A stretch of 64,000 bases of DNA from the human T2T-CHM13v2.0 reference genome, Homo sapiens. Of the stretch, positions 39,700 through 55,254 are shown piece after piece (position 1 is the stretch's first letter; each line of letters begins with the position of its first letter). The notes below the pieces were generated by a model, which saw nothing but the letters and a program-made list of their open reading frames with translations, was not told the origin of the DNA and did no database searches. The stretch lies in the NCBI RefSeq assembly GCF_009914755.1, contig NC_060927.1. One strand, written 5' to 3'. The translations under genes and the position numbers were made by a program.

Positions 39700-41530
39700 A
39701 TAACTTTTCCAAAATTATTCTCACAAAAACTCAAAACTTAACTCCTGACCCACATATTCACTCAAGACACCATGCTCTCTTTTTCAACTGGACTGTGCAA
39801 TGGCCACTCTGTCCCTTTCCTATCTCTCCAGGCTAAAATCAACCCCATTTTGTGTCATCCCCATTAGTTGTTACTTCCTCTTTCTGGGGAGTTCCTTCCG
39901 CTGACCTCCTTACATTGTGCTCAATCCTATTCAGATTTCAGCTTGTATTACCCAAACCCAGAGAGCCTTCCCTTCCCTCCCTGGCTGACCAAAATCTATT
40001 CTTTTCATCTTACTCTGTCCTATTGTATGATTTAATTTTCTCCAAAGCCATTTCATTATTTAAAATTATTTTTATCATTCATTGCCACATTATTTCCTCT
40101 TTTCCCCACTTTTCTATATTTCTAAATATTGGTGTGCTCTGTGATTTGACCTCAGTTTTCTTCTATTTTTTCATTGTACTCCTCTCCCACTCTAAAACAT
40201 ATTAATTATTCAAATCAATTTCCTGCCTTTCTTATTTATTTCCGTATAGTCAGCTCTAGAATAGTGCATATCTGGTACATTGTAGGCACTCAGCAAATAT
40301 ATTTTTTTTTTGAGTGAGGTGAATGAATACTGAGGACTTTTGATCTTAGTTCCTTAAAATGGCTAATTTCAGTCTTTAACTTGCTACAGATCTTCACCTA
40401 TCTTCATCATTCTTTTCTTCTAAGAGAAAAATTCCCCTCCCACTCCAAGGCTGAGTTCTTCTCGTATTTCCTCCATGTATTCTTATTTCATTAGCTTCAA
40501 GATATAGCTCTTTGAATTATATTCTATCTTAGTTTCAGTTACTGTTTACATTCACTATTTTTTTTCAGCCTACAAATATATTCAAATAAAAAACAAACAA
40601 GATCTTTCCCTTGTTCCTGCCATTTTCTCATGCTATCATAGTTTCCCTCATTCTTTTGGTGGCTACACTTATTGAAAGAGCCTCAACATTTGACCTTTAT
40701 GTTAAGCTCAAGCAGTGATTCTGGCATTTACCAAACTTTTTATTCTAAGGTTACCAGCAATTCCTAGTTATTAAACCCAATGACTTTTCTGAATTCTTAT
40801 CCTCTTTAACCACTCTGCAGCACTCAATACTCTTGTTGGTCTTTTCTTTTTTGCAACTCTTTTGTAAGTTGGTTTCTATGATACAGTGTTCTGATTTGCC
40901 ATCCACATCTCTGAATTCTCTAAATCTCAATCATTGTCTCAGTTTCCTCATTTTACCTACAAAAAGAAGGCGTTCCTTAAAAATCCCGTTCTCCACCCTC
41001 CTTCCAATGGCCAACTCACTTGATATCTTGGTTTTAACAATTAGCAATGGGTTGGTGATTTATAAATCTGTAGTTTGACTTTCTGCAGAGATCCAGACCC
41101 TTATTTCCACTGCTGAAGATCTTAACCTGAAGTCCTTAACCTGAAGTCCTTGGCATAACCTCAAAGTCAATATTTCTGAAATGAAACCCATCATCATTCT
41201 TCCCAAACTTCTCCTTCTCACTATATACTGGTGCCCCTTTACCTAGATTTGTGAACTTTGGTATTTTCTTTTATCTCTATCTTTTCTTTATTTTCATATT
41301 AAATTATTTGTTAAACCCTGTTTATTCTAGCTCTGTTATGTCTATAACATTTGTCTGCTTCTCTACATTTCTATCAGTACTGCTATGTTCAGACACAGTA
41401 CTGTTGACCTATAAATGATTGAATCTGTATTACAATTGCTTTTTTTTTCAGATTGTAATGTCTCCTTTCAATCATGTTGCATTCTGTTGATGGCTTAACT
41501 TTCTTAAAACACACTATTGATCATGTTGTA
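39700..41530 (+). mobile_element. L2 fragments (pyrimidine-rich, sense)
   Basis: ctaaggttaccagcaattcc, ctctgcagcactcaatac; 3' end tgtaggcactcagcaaatat near 40280. Confidence 0.6.
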
Positions 41531-41539
41531 AATATTAAT

Positions 41540-41765
41540 AGTAATAATAGTGAAAAATTATTGTTTACTGCATGCTAAGCACTCATTTAAGTACTTTATA
41601 ATTAGCCCTCATACAAATCTTATAACACAGTCACTCTTAATATCTTCATTTGTGGAAGAGAAAACTGAAGAATAAAAAAGGTGTGTAAGTAATATTCCCA
41701 AGATCACAGAGTTGGGCAGTGTTACATCTGGTATTTGATGATTTTAACCAACACACAGAACTGCA
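41540..41765 (-). mobile_element. MIR
   Basis: gagaaaactgaag...ttcccaagatcacagag core. Confidence 0.6.
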
Positions 41766-42369
41766 TTGGTCATAAAACCTGAAAAGACTCTTTAGGTCTA
41801 CACAGTGACCATATGTGACTTTTATTTAATTCACTCTTTTGTAATTGAAAAAAATTCAGCCTTGTTTAAGCAATATCAATGATATAACAGATTTTATGTG
41901 CTAATGAGATATGATTTTTCATTTTTCACATACCTCAAAACTACATATATAGCCATCAAACTAAAAAATGTTACCAGTTTATGACTTAAAATCATATTGC
42001 ATACCATATTTCAAGACATGCTTGCCTGCAAAACAGTTATAAATGTTATGCTGCTATGCAATTGTTTTGTCATTCAGATTTATTAATGATGCAATTTTAA
42101 CTTACATATGTAACTTTCCCCCACTTTTACCCTTTATTGTCTCATCAGTAAAAGTAAATAAATGAATAAATTATAGATGAGTAAATGCAGTTCCTCTTTC
42201 CTCTATATACTTCACTCCTTCTGGATTTTTTTTCAATTTTGTTTATGCTACCTCCTTTTGAATAGCATGAACTGAACTTCTGAATACATCAAAATTCTGT
42301 CTTTTCCACTCACGAAGACTCAACTCAGTTGTATATTGCTGTGACTTGATAGATTTCTATATTCTAAAC

Positions 42370-42573
42370 CAGTGCTTTCCAGTAAAACTCTTCACAATGA
42401 AGAAAATGAACTGTTCAATACTGTAACTGGTGGCCACATGTGGTTATTGAGCACTTGAAATCTGGCTAGTGAGACTAAAGAATTAAACTTTTAGTGTAAT
42501 TTAATTTCAATTAATTAAAATTTAAATTTAAATAGACACGTATGGCTAATGGCTTCTGTACTGAATAATACAG
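42370..42573. mobile_element. MER3 (hAT-Charlie), complete
   Basis: ggccacatgtggttattgagcacttgaaatctggctagtgagact; 8-bp TSD ttctaaac/ctctaaac. Confidence 0.88.
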
Positions 42574-45500
42574 CTCTAAACTATCAATGAATACATTGGT
42601 ATTGCTGAATGACCAACTTATTCTTAAAATTTATATTATGGTAGCATACACCTATCTTTTCTTTGTTACTGTTTATAATATTCTAAGGGAAAGAATTGGC
42701 ATTTTATAATTTTTCTGTGTATCCTAATGCATCTTGCACATTTATCTTTGTTTAAAAGTAAACAATACAATAAATATGTGTTATGTAACTGAATGAATGG
42801 ATGACCATCTGTTAACTTTGTTTGATTGTGTTAGTATTAGTGGTTTCAAAAGCTGCTCCATAATTTTTTTCAAGATAATAACAAACATAAAATAAATGCT
42901 TATCATAAAAACTTGCCCTCATCTTTGCAAATGACTATATGATACCTTAAGGTAAAATGCTTTCATTTCATTAATTCATTTATGTTTTGCTTGGCATTGC
43001 TAGACACGAAAATCATCTTTTTTTTTGTTAATGATCTTCGCTCCAAAGTCAATCTGACCACAGAGCTCTGGTTTTACTAGAGCTCAGTCAACAAACCCTG
43101 AACGTGTTAGCCTAGATTCACCATAGCTCTAATCAGCATTTTGCACATGGAAAGCTCCCCGTGTGGCACAGACCTTTGTGACATTTGTTTCTTTCTAATG
43201 GAACTGCCTGTTCCTCCCTCTGCTGGTTTCAGAATAAACGCCTTGTCAAAAGAAGAATTAGATTGTGACAGCTTATTTCTATGGTTAATTGAGGCGGTAG
43301 ATATACTGGACATTTATCTAAGTGCAGAAGAGAAGATTAAGACATATTTTCTACAGGCATTCTCTGTTTTAGAGGAGGTCACTTTCTGGAGTCCTTTTAA
43401 TATGCTTGTGCAATTAATAGTAGTGATAATTCTGCTTCATATCATAATGTCCTGAAAGTTCTTTCAAGCTGACAGATAAAATTTTATTTTTGTAGGGTCT
43501 GAATTATTTGAGTCTTCTTCAACTCCACCCTCTAGGTTTTCCCCCTTTAGTCCTGTGAATTAATATTGACTGAAAAATACAAAAGATAATGTACAAACCC
43601 ACTCAGTTTAAAGAAAACAGGGGAAAAGGTCATATGTGAGATTACCTTAATTATTGCCCCTAAATTTGTTAGGGCAGGTCCTGGCATTGTTAGGCCAATC
43701 ATGACAACATTTGATTTTTTGTGTATTAAAAGTTCTTCAGCATTTAGTTGCACTTGTTGTCATTGCTTTGTAGTGCAGGCTATTGTTTTTATTTTTCAGG
43801 AAGATTTTATTTTTTAACATGCTAAGGCTATCTCATGCAGATATCAAACAACTTCCGCAGAAGTGATTCTCGTCATCTAATTTAATGTTAGGTATCATTT
43901 ATTATGGCCACTATATTAAACGTTATATTATATTTGTAAGATTCCATTTCAATCTGTAAAACATTTAAGTAAAACTAAAAATGTTGTAAATGTATAGAAT
44001 ATCAATTTGTGAAAAGGTTGACAAAAGCATACATGCTTTAAAAACTGTTAATGCAATTCTCCATTGTTATAAATGTGATAGGTATGAATTTTTATTGGGA
44101 AAAGAATTAATAGAAATAAATTATAAGGCTAAAAAACTATTTAAAAAAAAGCAAAAATAATTTTTACTTAGAAAAGGTAAATCACTCCATTTAGGCCAAA
44201 CCACAAATACAGATAATAGGCCAGGATGACTAAAGTACCAATGTTGAAAGAAATCAAGTGTTTGCAATTTAAGAGTCAAAAGAACTAGCCAAAGAGAATA
44301 TCAGATTATATCAATAAATATTAGTGGCTCACAAAAAGGATCTTATTTCAAGGGCACAAACTATGTTTTAATGTTTAATTTTCTTAAATATTATCTTAGA
44401 TTATATTTAATATTTCTTAAATATTATATTTGATTATCTTAGAATATCATTTATTAAGATCACTAGATCGGTAGAAATTTTAGAAAATATTTATTTAAAT
44501 AACACTAAAACCTATTCATAAAACTGTTATAGAAAAAACAGCTATTTCTAGATAGCACTATTTAGACATTAAGGCTATAGAATTATACTTTCGTTGACTG
44601 GAATTGCCCCATGTAAAACAGAGTAAAGTAGAATACTGACCTAAAATATGAGTCAGAATTAAGACAAGAAAGGAACATAATAACTATAAGAAACAGAAAA
44701 AAAAATAAGTGAAAATATTGTGTCAGAAAAAGAGAGTAAAGGGTGTAGACCAATTATCTAATGATAAAGTTTTTAGGAGGCAAATCATTCATAGATTTAT
44801 TTTTATTTCTTTCACATGTTGATCTATCAAAACTAATATCTTCCAGCTAAGTGTTTAGTTTATTCCTGCCAAGGAGCCTAGATATTAGAGAGTTTGGGAT
44901 GATGTATATTCTTTATACATGTGTAAACAGGGTGCCAGTCAAATTGGAGATTAAATGGGTTCTCCATGAAAGAGGTTACTTAAAACGCCAGGCTCTTGCT
45001 TATGTTTAGTGGAGAAAAAGCCCCTGAAGCAGGGAAAAACCTCAGTGGCTTGCACTTATGCCAAGTTAGGGCTGGGATCTGGTCCTCGTCCTGAGATTAG
45101 GGTGTGGCAGAAGGTTTGTTCATGAAGATTACCACTCTTAAATGTTCCTAGCCAAAAAATGTGTTCCTTGAGAGAAAAATAACATCTGTTTGTAAATAAA
45201 GACCTGAGGTCTTCTCAAAGGGCAGAGGACAATTAGTAACTTGGATATTCCTCCTTGAAACTGCAATTTGGAAAATCAAGCAGAATGATTCTCAATGGTA
45301 TTGGTCAAAGCCCATAGACAGGGAGGGGCAATGAGGCTCCTGAAATAAAATTTCCTGTAGGAACGGAATAGTATGGGCTGGCTCTTTAGATTGAATATAA
45401 GGTACTAACTATTACTGTTACTGTTGGAGGTAGGTGGTGGTGAGGTCTTACTGGTTATAACAAAGCATGAGGCTATGGTGGGAAGGCATTCATGGCCTAG

Positions 45501-45724
45501 CCTTGATGCTGTTATGTGGGAAACAGCTGCTGGAATAAGTGAGTGGTTCTCAAGAGGGTGTATCTTCAGACTCCAAGCATGGAGACCCACTGTGTCTACC
45601 TTGGCAGATAAAATAAACATTTACAAGATTGAGAAAAGCAATTTCAGCAGCGACACAATTTAACGCTGAGAGATAATGACAGTAAAGGAAGACCAGGTGT
45701 GAGATTCCTATAAGATTGGTTTCA

Positions 45725-45895
45725 GAATAGAGCAAGAGGAACTGTTTGGAAGTGATGGATATGTTTATGGCATTAATTGTCATGATGGTTTCATGGGTAT
45801 ATGCTGATCTAAAAATGTATCAAGTTATAGACATTAAATATCCACACCTTTTCATGTGTCAATCATACATCAATAAACTGTTTTTCTAAAAAAGA
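45725..45895 (+). mobile_element. L1MC/L1MD-type 3' terminal fragment
   Basis: ggaagtgatggatatgttt...gatggtttcatgggtatat...gtcaatcatacatcaataaa plus A tail. Confidence 0.8.
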
Positions 45896-47194
45896 ACTTA
45901 GAAGATAACTTGTTCTGACCAGGAGATCAACTATGAGTTCTACTCATTCCAAGGAAAGTGACCACAGGCAACCACTTTTACTGTAGGCGTATTCTTTGCT
46001 CTCTCCCAATCTGATTCTTCACCCAATTTTCCTGCAGCATGAAGAGTTTCTCTATATCCTTTTCAATCTAACTTGTTCAGTTAGCCACTACTTGGTGTAG
46101 GATATTTCTTCCGAATATGATTCTTAGACTAAGCCATCTCAGAGTTGCCTTTTTACAAAGAATGGCTACCTTTGAGATAGAAAGTGATCCTTGGTACAAT
46201 CCTCTATAGTCAGGACATCAGTATTGAGGAAATGAAGGGCAGATAGTCCCAATAAATCTGTGACATGAGTCTGTGATACAGTCAGAAGAGTGACACTGCC
46301 TCCTCCCTAACAGAATGGGGAGGGCTAGGCAGAAGCTGCCAATAGATGGGGCTTAATTAAGACCTGTGGAGACCTCAAGCACTGAGAATATTATGGTACT
46401 TCTGAATGAGCAATCTAAATATATTAATCTGAAAAATACATATACAAAATTCCAAAGGAGTTCTGATTTTTCTTATGAAGGATTTTTGTTTTCTTATTTT
46501 TTGCTGTTGTGGTTTCTATCTTGCAGGCCTCCTTAGCAGCTTCTTTTTCCATCAAGAAAATATTTCTGGACAAAAACAAACCCATAGCTGGTTGGAAGCA
46601 GGGCATTGGGCCCAGTGTTAAAGATTTGAATAAGAAAGATGCAGAAGATATTAATCATAGGCTTATCAATGCCCCTAGGAGATCTGTCCCCCTGATTGAA
46701 GCAACTCTGGCCTTTGGAAGTTCATACCCAAGAAGTATGATATCAATCTTATTTTTAAATAAAGTAAAAATTTGATTGCTGACTTGGTTCACTTGTGCAC
46801 GATGCAAATCTAACCTTTTTGGGTAGATTATTATTTAGCTCTGAGTTTCAATTTTCTATTAGAGTGAATTGTTTGAATGAAAGTACTGGATAAGATCTGG
46901 AAGCCAGTTTCTAATCTCACATTTCCTACTGGTTAACTCTGTGGCATTGTAAAACAGTTTACACTGTAGGCCAACAAACTAATCTCAGGTTTCTTCTCCT
47001 TCTCCTTTTCTTCCTCCTCCCCTCTCTTCCCTCTACTTATTTTTTTTTGTCTTTGTCTTCATCTTCTTCTTCTCTTTTGGAGGTCCTGTAGAAGATTAAA
47101 AATAGGGCTCCCAAAGGCCTTTTCTGGGCCTACCCCTTAACTCTCAAATCCAATGGGCACTAACAAATTTCTTAAAATAAAAAATATAAGAGAT

Positions 47195-47440
47195 TATGCA
47201 GCATTGTAGAAACATTATGGACATTGGAGTTGGGCAGACATAATCTCTAATCTAAAATCCATCGTTCACTGTTTGTGAAATGTTAGGCAATTTTATATCT
47301 TTCTGAGGTCAGAATTTTTAATCTATAAAATGATGATGACAATGCACACTTCACAGTGATGTGAGTATTAATAAAGGTAATATACATAAAATACATAGCA
47401 CAATGTTTGGTGCAGAGTCAAGTCTTCATTATTTTTAGCT
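47195..47440 (+). mobile_element. MIR
   Basis: ggacattggagttgggcagac...ttaggcaa...atctataaaatg. Confidence 0.65.
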
Positions 47441-47562
47441 CTCTTTCCAGATGGATACCCAGGGAGCCACTTTACTGTGTACTCATCAGCATGTGGCCTA
47501 AGTGGCGTTTTTTGTGCTTTGTTAGTCATAGGCTAGATCCTGAGAATTATTCATCATTTTGA

Positions 47563-47904
<342 letters not shown>

Positions 47905-48039
47905 TTCTTCTTATTCTTTAGTTCTGCTTTTGACCCTGCCGATTGGTATAGAATATAGAATATAATAACTTTTTCTAATTAGTCTCTATATAGTAGTGCA
48001 TTCATTAATAAATTTTGCACAGAAACATTTTCCAGAGTG

Positions 48040-50950
<2,911 letters not shown>

Positions 50951-51092
50951 AGTCACATGGAGATACAAGTCAACAGGAAACATGAAGATGAAAGTGAATA
51001 GGAAACATGGACTCTATTCTCAATCTAGTCATTTTATACTTTTGTTGTTAATTTCAGCATTGCAACAACCACTATCCTTTAAATATACCTGA

Positions 51093-51410
<318 letters not shown>

Positions 51411-51675
51411 AAACACATGTTTTTACTAATCTATCTTCCTTACAGTTATGTGCTTGCATGATTGCCTTTAACTTTTATACCATATTTTTTATGGTAGTGT
51501 GTTACAATTTTGTATGTAGCTCATCATTACCATAATAATCTATGGAATGGTATTGGTATGTGAATTTTATTTCTTTTCCTTTTCTTCCACCTGGAACTGC
51601 CTTTAAAAATATTTTAAGTATATTTCTAGCATATATCAAAAATAATATGTTTCCAGATAAACTGTAAACATACAA

Positions 51676-51940
51676 TTATTATTTAAAGATAGAATCTTGC
51701 TCTTTTGCCCAGGCTAGAGTGCAGCGGCATGATCACAGCTCACTGCAGCCTTGAACTCCTGAGCCCAAGGGATCCTTCTGTCTCAGCCTCCTAATAGCCA
51801 GGACTACAGGTTCATGACACCACACCCAACTAATTTTAAAAATTTGTCTGTAGAGACGTGGTCTTGCTGTGTTGCCCAGGTTGATTTCTAACTCTTGGCC
51901 TCAAATGATCCTCCTGCCTCAGCCTCCCAAAGTGCTGGGA
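51676..51940 (-). mobile_element. AluJo-type, 5'-truncated
   Basis: gatcacagctcactgcagccttgaactcctgagc; ends at caaagtgctggga. Confidence 0.9.
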
Positions 51941-52844
51941 AATAAACATTATTATAATCCTCCTTTCCCATAGTGTTTCCCCAAATTTGGCTGCTTAATT
52001 AAGTCTTTCCTGCTTCTTTGTGCACAGAACTCTTTATTTTTTCTTTCTGATGGCAGTTCTATTATTTGACTTCCTCTGTTGTCATTTCTATTTTAGTTTC
52101 TAACAATTCCATGACGTCTTTGCTGATTACTATGTTTCATATAAATTTATGATTAAATCATACACACAAAAACACTCACATACTATTATTGTCTTACATG
52201 AAACAGTGGTCTGTTTAATACCTGTAAAAATATATAACTCTTCTAGTCATTTTTGGTGCTAGGCCAATTATGTTAATTAGACTATATTGAGCAAAGTACA
52301 TATTTCCAGTTTCTGCACATATATTATTCAATTTGATCAAGCTTCAATATATAAAAGCTTTTTTGCAAAATGTAGTGTCAAAATGTTACAGTCTTTGGTC
52401 AGAATCTTGGCAGATTAAGTCAATTAAAAAGGTCAAAATGAGGGTTTTTTATTTTACAGGAAGTGCAAATGTACAGAATCTATTATCTAATTAAATGCAA
52501 GTCTGTAATTCAATGTTAGGATAGAGAATATAAATGCATCCAAGTCAGGAAGTGAAAAAAGTTGGTTTATTAACAGTAGTCAGATATAAGATTGGCTGTC
52601 CAGTTCTTTGCCATCTTATTCATCCTCCCTTTGCTGTTCTGGAAAACCTTCATATCCCTGTATAGATACAAACATTTCCTAGTTAGTCAAGCTGTCTGCT
52701 TCAATTTTTGGTTATTTGAACATCTGTCGAATTAAGGCTGCCTGTTTAGCCACAATGAGGTCTTCCATGGAAGTTATAGCTACTGTCTATATTAGATTAT
52801 TTCCACCTTCTGCTTGGTTTAATACCAAATAATAGCACCAATTG

Positions 52845-53700
52845 ACTCATTCATTTAACAAATATTCAGTAATTATCTATTGTCTCCTTTGTGCTGCTTT
52901 AGAAAATGAGGATATAACAATGAACCAAACAGACCAAAAACCTCCACAAAAACCGTAAACCCCAAACCACCCAAAAGCCGTGCCCTCATTTGCTTATATT
53001 TTACTGCGAGGAGATACACAATGAAATAAATAAGTTATATAACTATATTAGATGATAATTAGTGTTCCATAGAACAATAAGAGAGCACCAAATAGGAAAA
53101 TTAGGAGTAATTGGGTAAAGCTACAATTTAAAATAGGGGGTTCAGGAAGGAGCTCAATGAGACAGTAACATTTAATTTAAAAAAAAAAAACTCTGCCAAT
53201 GTGAGAAAATGAGGACGTTAGTTATTGGCTTGATGAGGTATTACAATGCTTCATCAGGAGGAAGATTATCCCTGGAAGAAGGAGCAGCAGGTGTAAAAGC
53301 CCTAAGGCTGGACCTTGTCTGGCTGTGCTTGAGGAACCGCTGGAAAGCTGATGTGGATGGAGAGAAGTGAGGCAGGATGAGAGCAGAGGAAAATGAGGTT
53401 GGAGACTTCAGGGGTGCCAGCTCATGGAGGGACTTATAGGCCATCGTAAGGACGCTGGCTTTTCTCCTTGTTGATATAGGAAATGAGTAAGCAGAGAAAT
53501 AAGAATATCTGACATAGTTTTAAAAAAGACACTCTGCTGAGAATAGACTGCATGGAGGTTCAGGGTAGAAGCAAGGAGTACAGTTGGCATAGATGAAATA
53601 ATCCAGGTTGGAGCTTCTCGTGGCTTGCACTAGTGTATTGGGGGCAAAGATGGTAAGGAGAGGTTGGATTCTGAATGTATTTTAAGGACAGAGCCAACAG
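52845..53700 (-). mobile_element. L2a 3' region
   Basis: ctcattcatttaacaaatatt tail; gggacttataggccatcgtaaggac, ggattctgaatgtattttaagg. Confidence 0.85.
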
Positions 53701-54904
53701 TGGCAATGTATTACAAAAATACACATTGGAGTGCATGGTGGTGGAAGTAAAGAGACTAAAAACCCTGTACTTTTTTTTTTTTTTAATTGGGGAGGCATTT
53801 TTTTTCTCCTAAGCAGCACAAGTGTTCTATAAAAGTAATGGCTGGGTTCTGTTCATTGGAAAGAAACCATGTTAGTATACTTCCTTTCTTCCAAGAAAAT
53901 CACCAGAATAGCTTGTGTGAAACAAGTACCCTCACAATGGTCTGGAGAACAGAATGTAAAAACGGCTCGTCAGAATCAGAGAATAGGCTTAGCTCTGAAG
54001 GTGGACGGGACTTTAGAGCCCCTTCATCTATGCCATGGACACTAGAAGCTTGAAAAGCTTCTTGGGGAGGAGGGTGGTTTGTGTCTGTGGAGGATGGTGT
54101 GATAAATTTGGATAAGGATAAGCTCAAAATTGTTACAATAGACCTGATACACTTGAATGGAATCAAATGAGGCTGGCAAACAGACCAAAAGTCTCCCTTA
54201 CAGAAAACCGTCCATGTAGCATTTTTGGATTAAGCATTAAGCATTTTGGTAAAGGTTAAACATCAGGTCATGAGATTTTAAAGATAAAAGCTCTATCCAA
54301 CCCAGGATAAAGGTACTGCTGGAACATTCTCTGGCATAGTGACACTGACCTGGAACTGTTGAGAAAATGATGGCATGTATAGGAAACAAAAGAGTTAGTC
54401 ATGAAGCTTTGTCATACCTCATTAAGCCGATAACTCAACGTCACATCCAATGAGAGGTCTTCTCTGAGGGATGTACCAGGCACAAATATTTGATGAGAAA
54501 AAATATAGCAAAAGAATAAATAACTAAATCGAGTGGGCATTTCTTAATTTCACTCTAATTCTCTGATTAAAAGTTGTATGCTTTGTAGGTACATTAATTC
54601 TATTAGGTGTGAAGGTTGCACTTATTTCATGGAGTATTAACTGAGGAGTTCTTGAGCAGTCTGAAATAATTAGTGCAGCAATATAAGTATCCAAATATTT
54701 TTGCCATGTATTATTTTAAGGTCTTGGAAAATTTAGGTTTCTGCATCATGTATTTTGCTTTTGTTAGTGTTGCATATGTAGTATACTGAAGAAATCTAAT
54801 GACTATATTTATGATGGTATTAATACAATTATTTTATTTTATAGATCCTACCTAAAAGATAAAAATTAAAAACATTGGCGCTTATTTAAAAGGAAATCTT
54901 CCCA

Positions 54905-55190
54905 TATGATTAAGAATTTGTGTTCTAGAATCAAACTTCCCTGTGGTCACTTTCAGCTATTTTCTAGCAGTGTGATTGGGGCAAATTACTTAGTCTTTGT
55001 ATGCTCAGTTTCTGCTTAGGCAAAATGAGGACAATAATACTTAATAGGCAGCTGCAAAGACTAAGTGAAGAGCCTATGTTTATGTCTATTTCTGTGATGT
55101 GTAGATATGTACATATAGATATAGAGATTTGTAGATACCCTGATATTAATACCTAATTCATGATAAGAACTAAAAATGTTAGCTTTTGCC
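54905..55190 (+). mobile_element. MIR
   Basis: tgtgattggggcaaattacttag...gctcagtttc. Confidence 0.7.
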
Positions 55191-55254
55191 ATTCTTGAGG
55201 ATAGTTTTTCAAACTATTATTTTTGGTTTTTTTGCACTGTTGAATTATACTGTT

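Noticed and set aside
53771-54200. Possible processed pseudogene (T14 tract plus 88-aa ORFs on both strands)
   Set aside because: No TSD or recognisable parent protein found; the middle resembles a MIR-family head (agaatcagagaat...gggactttagag..catcta)
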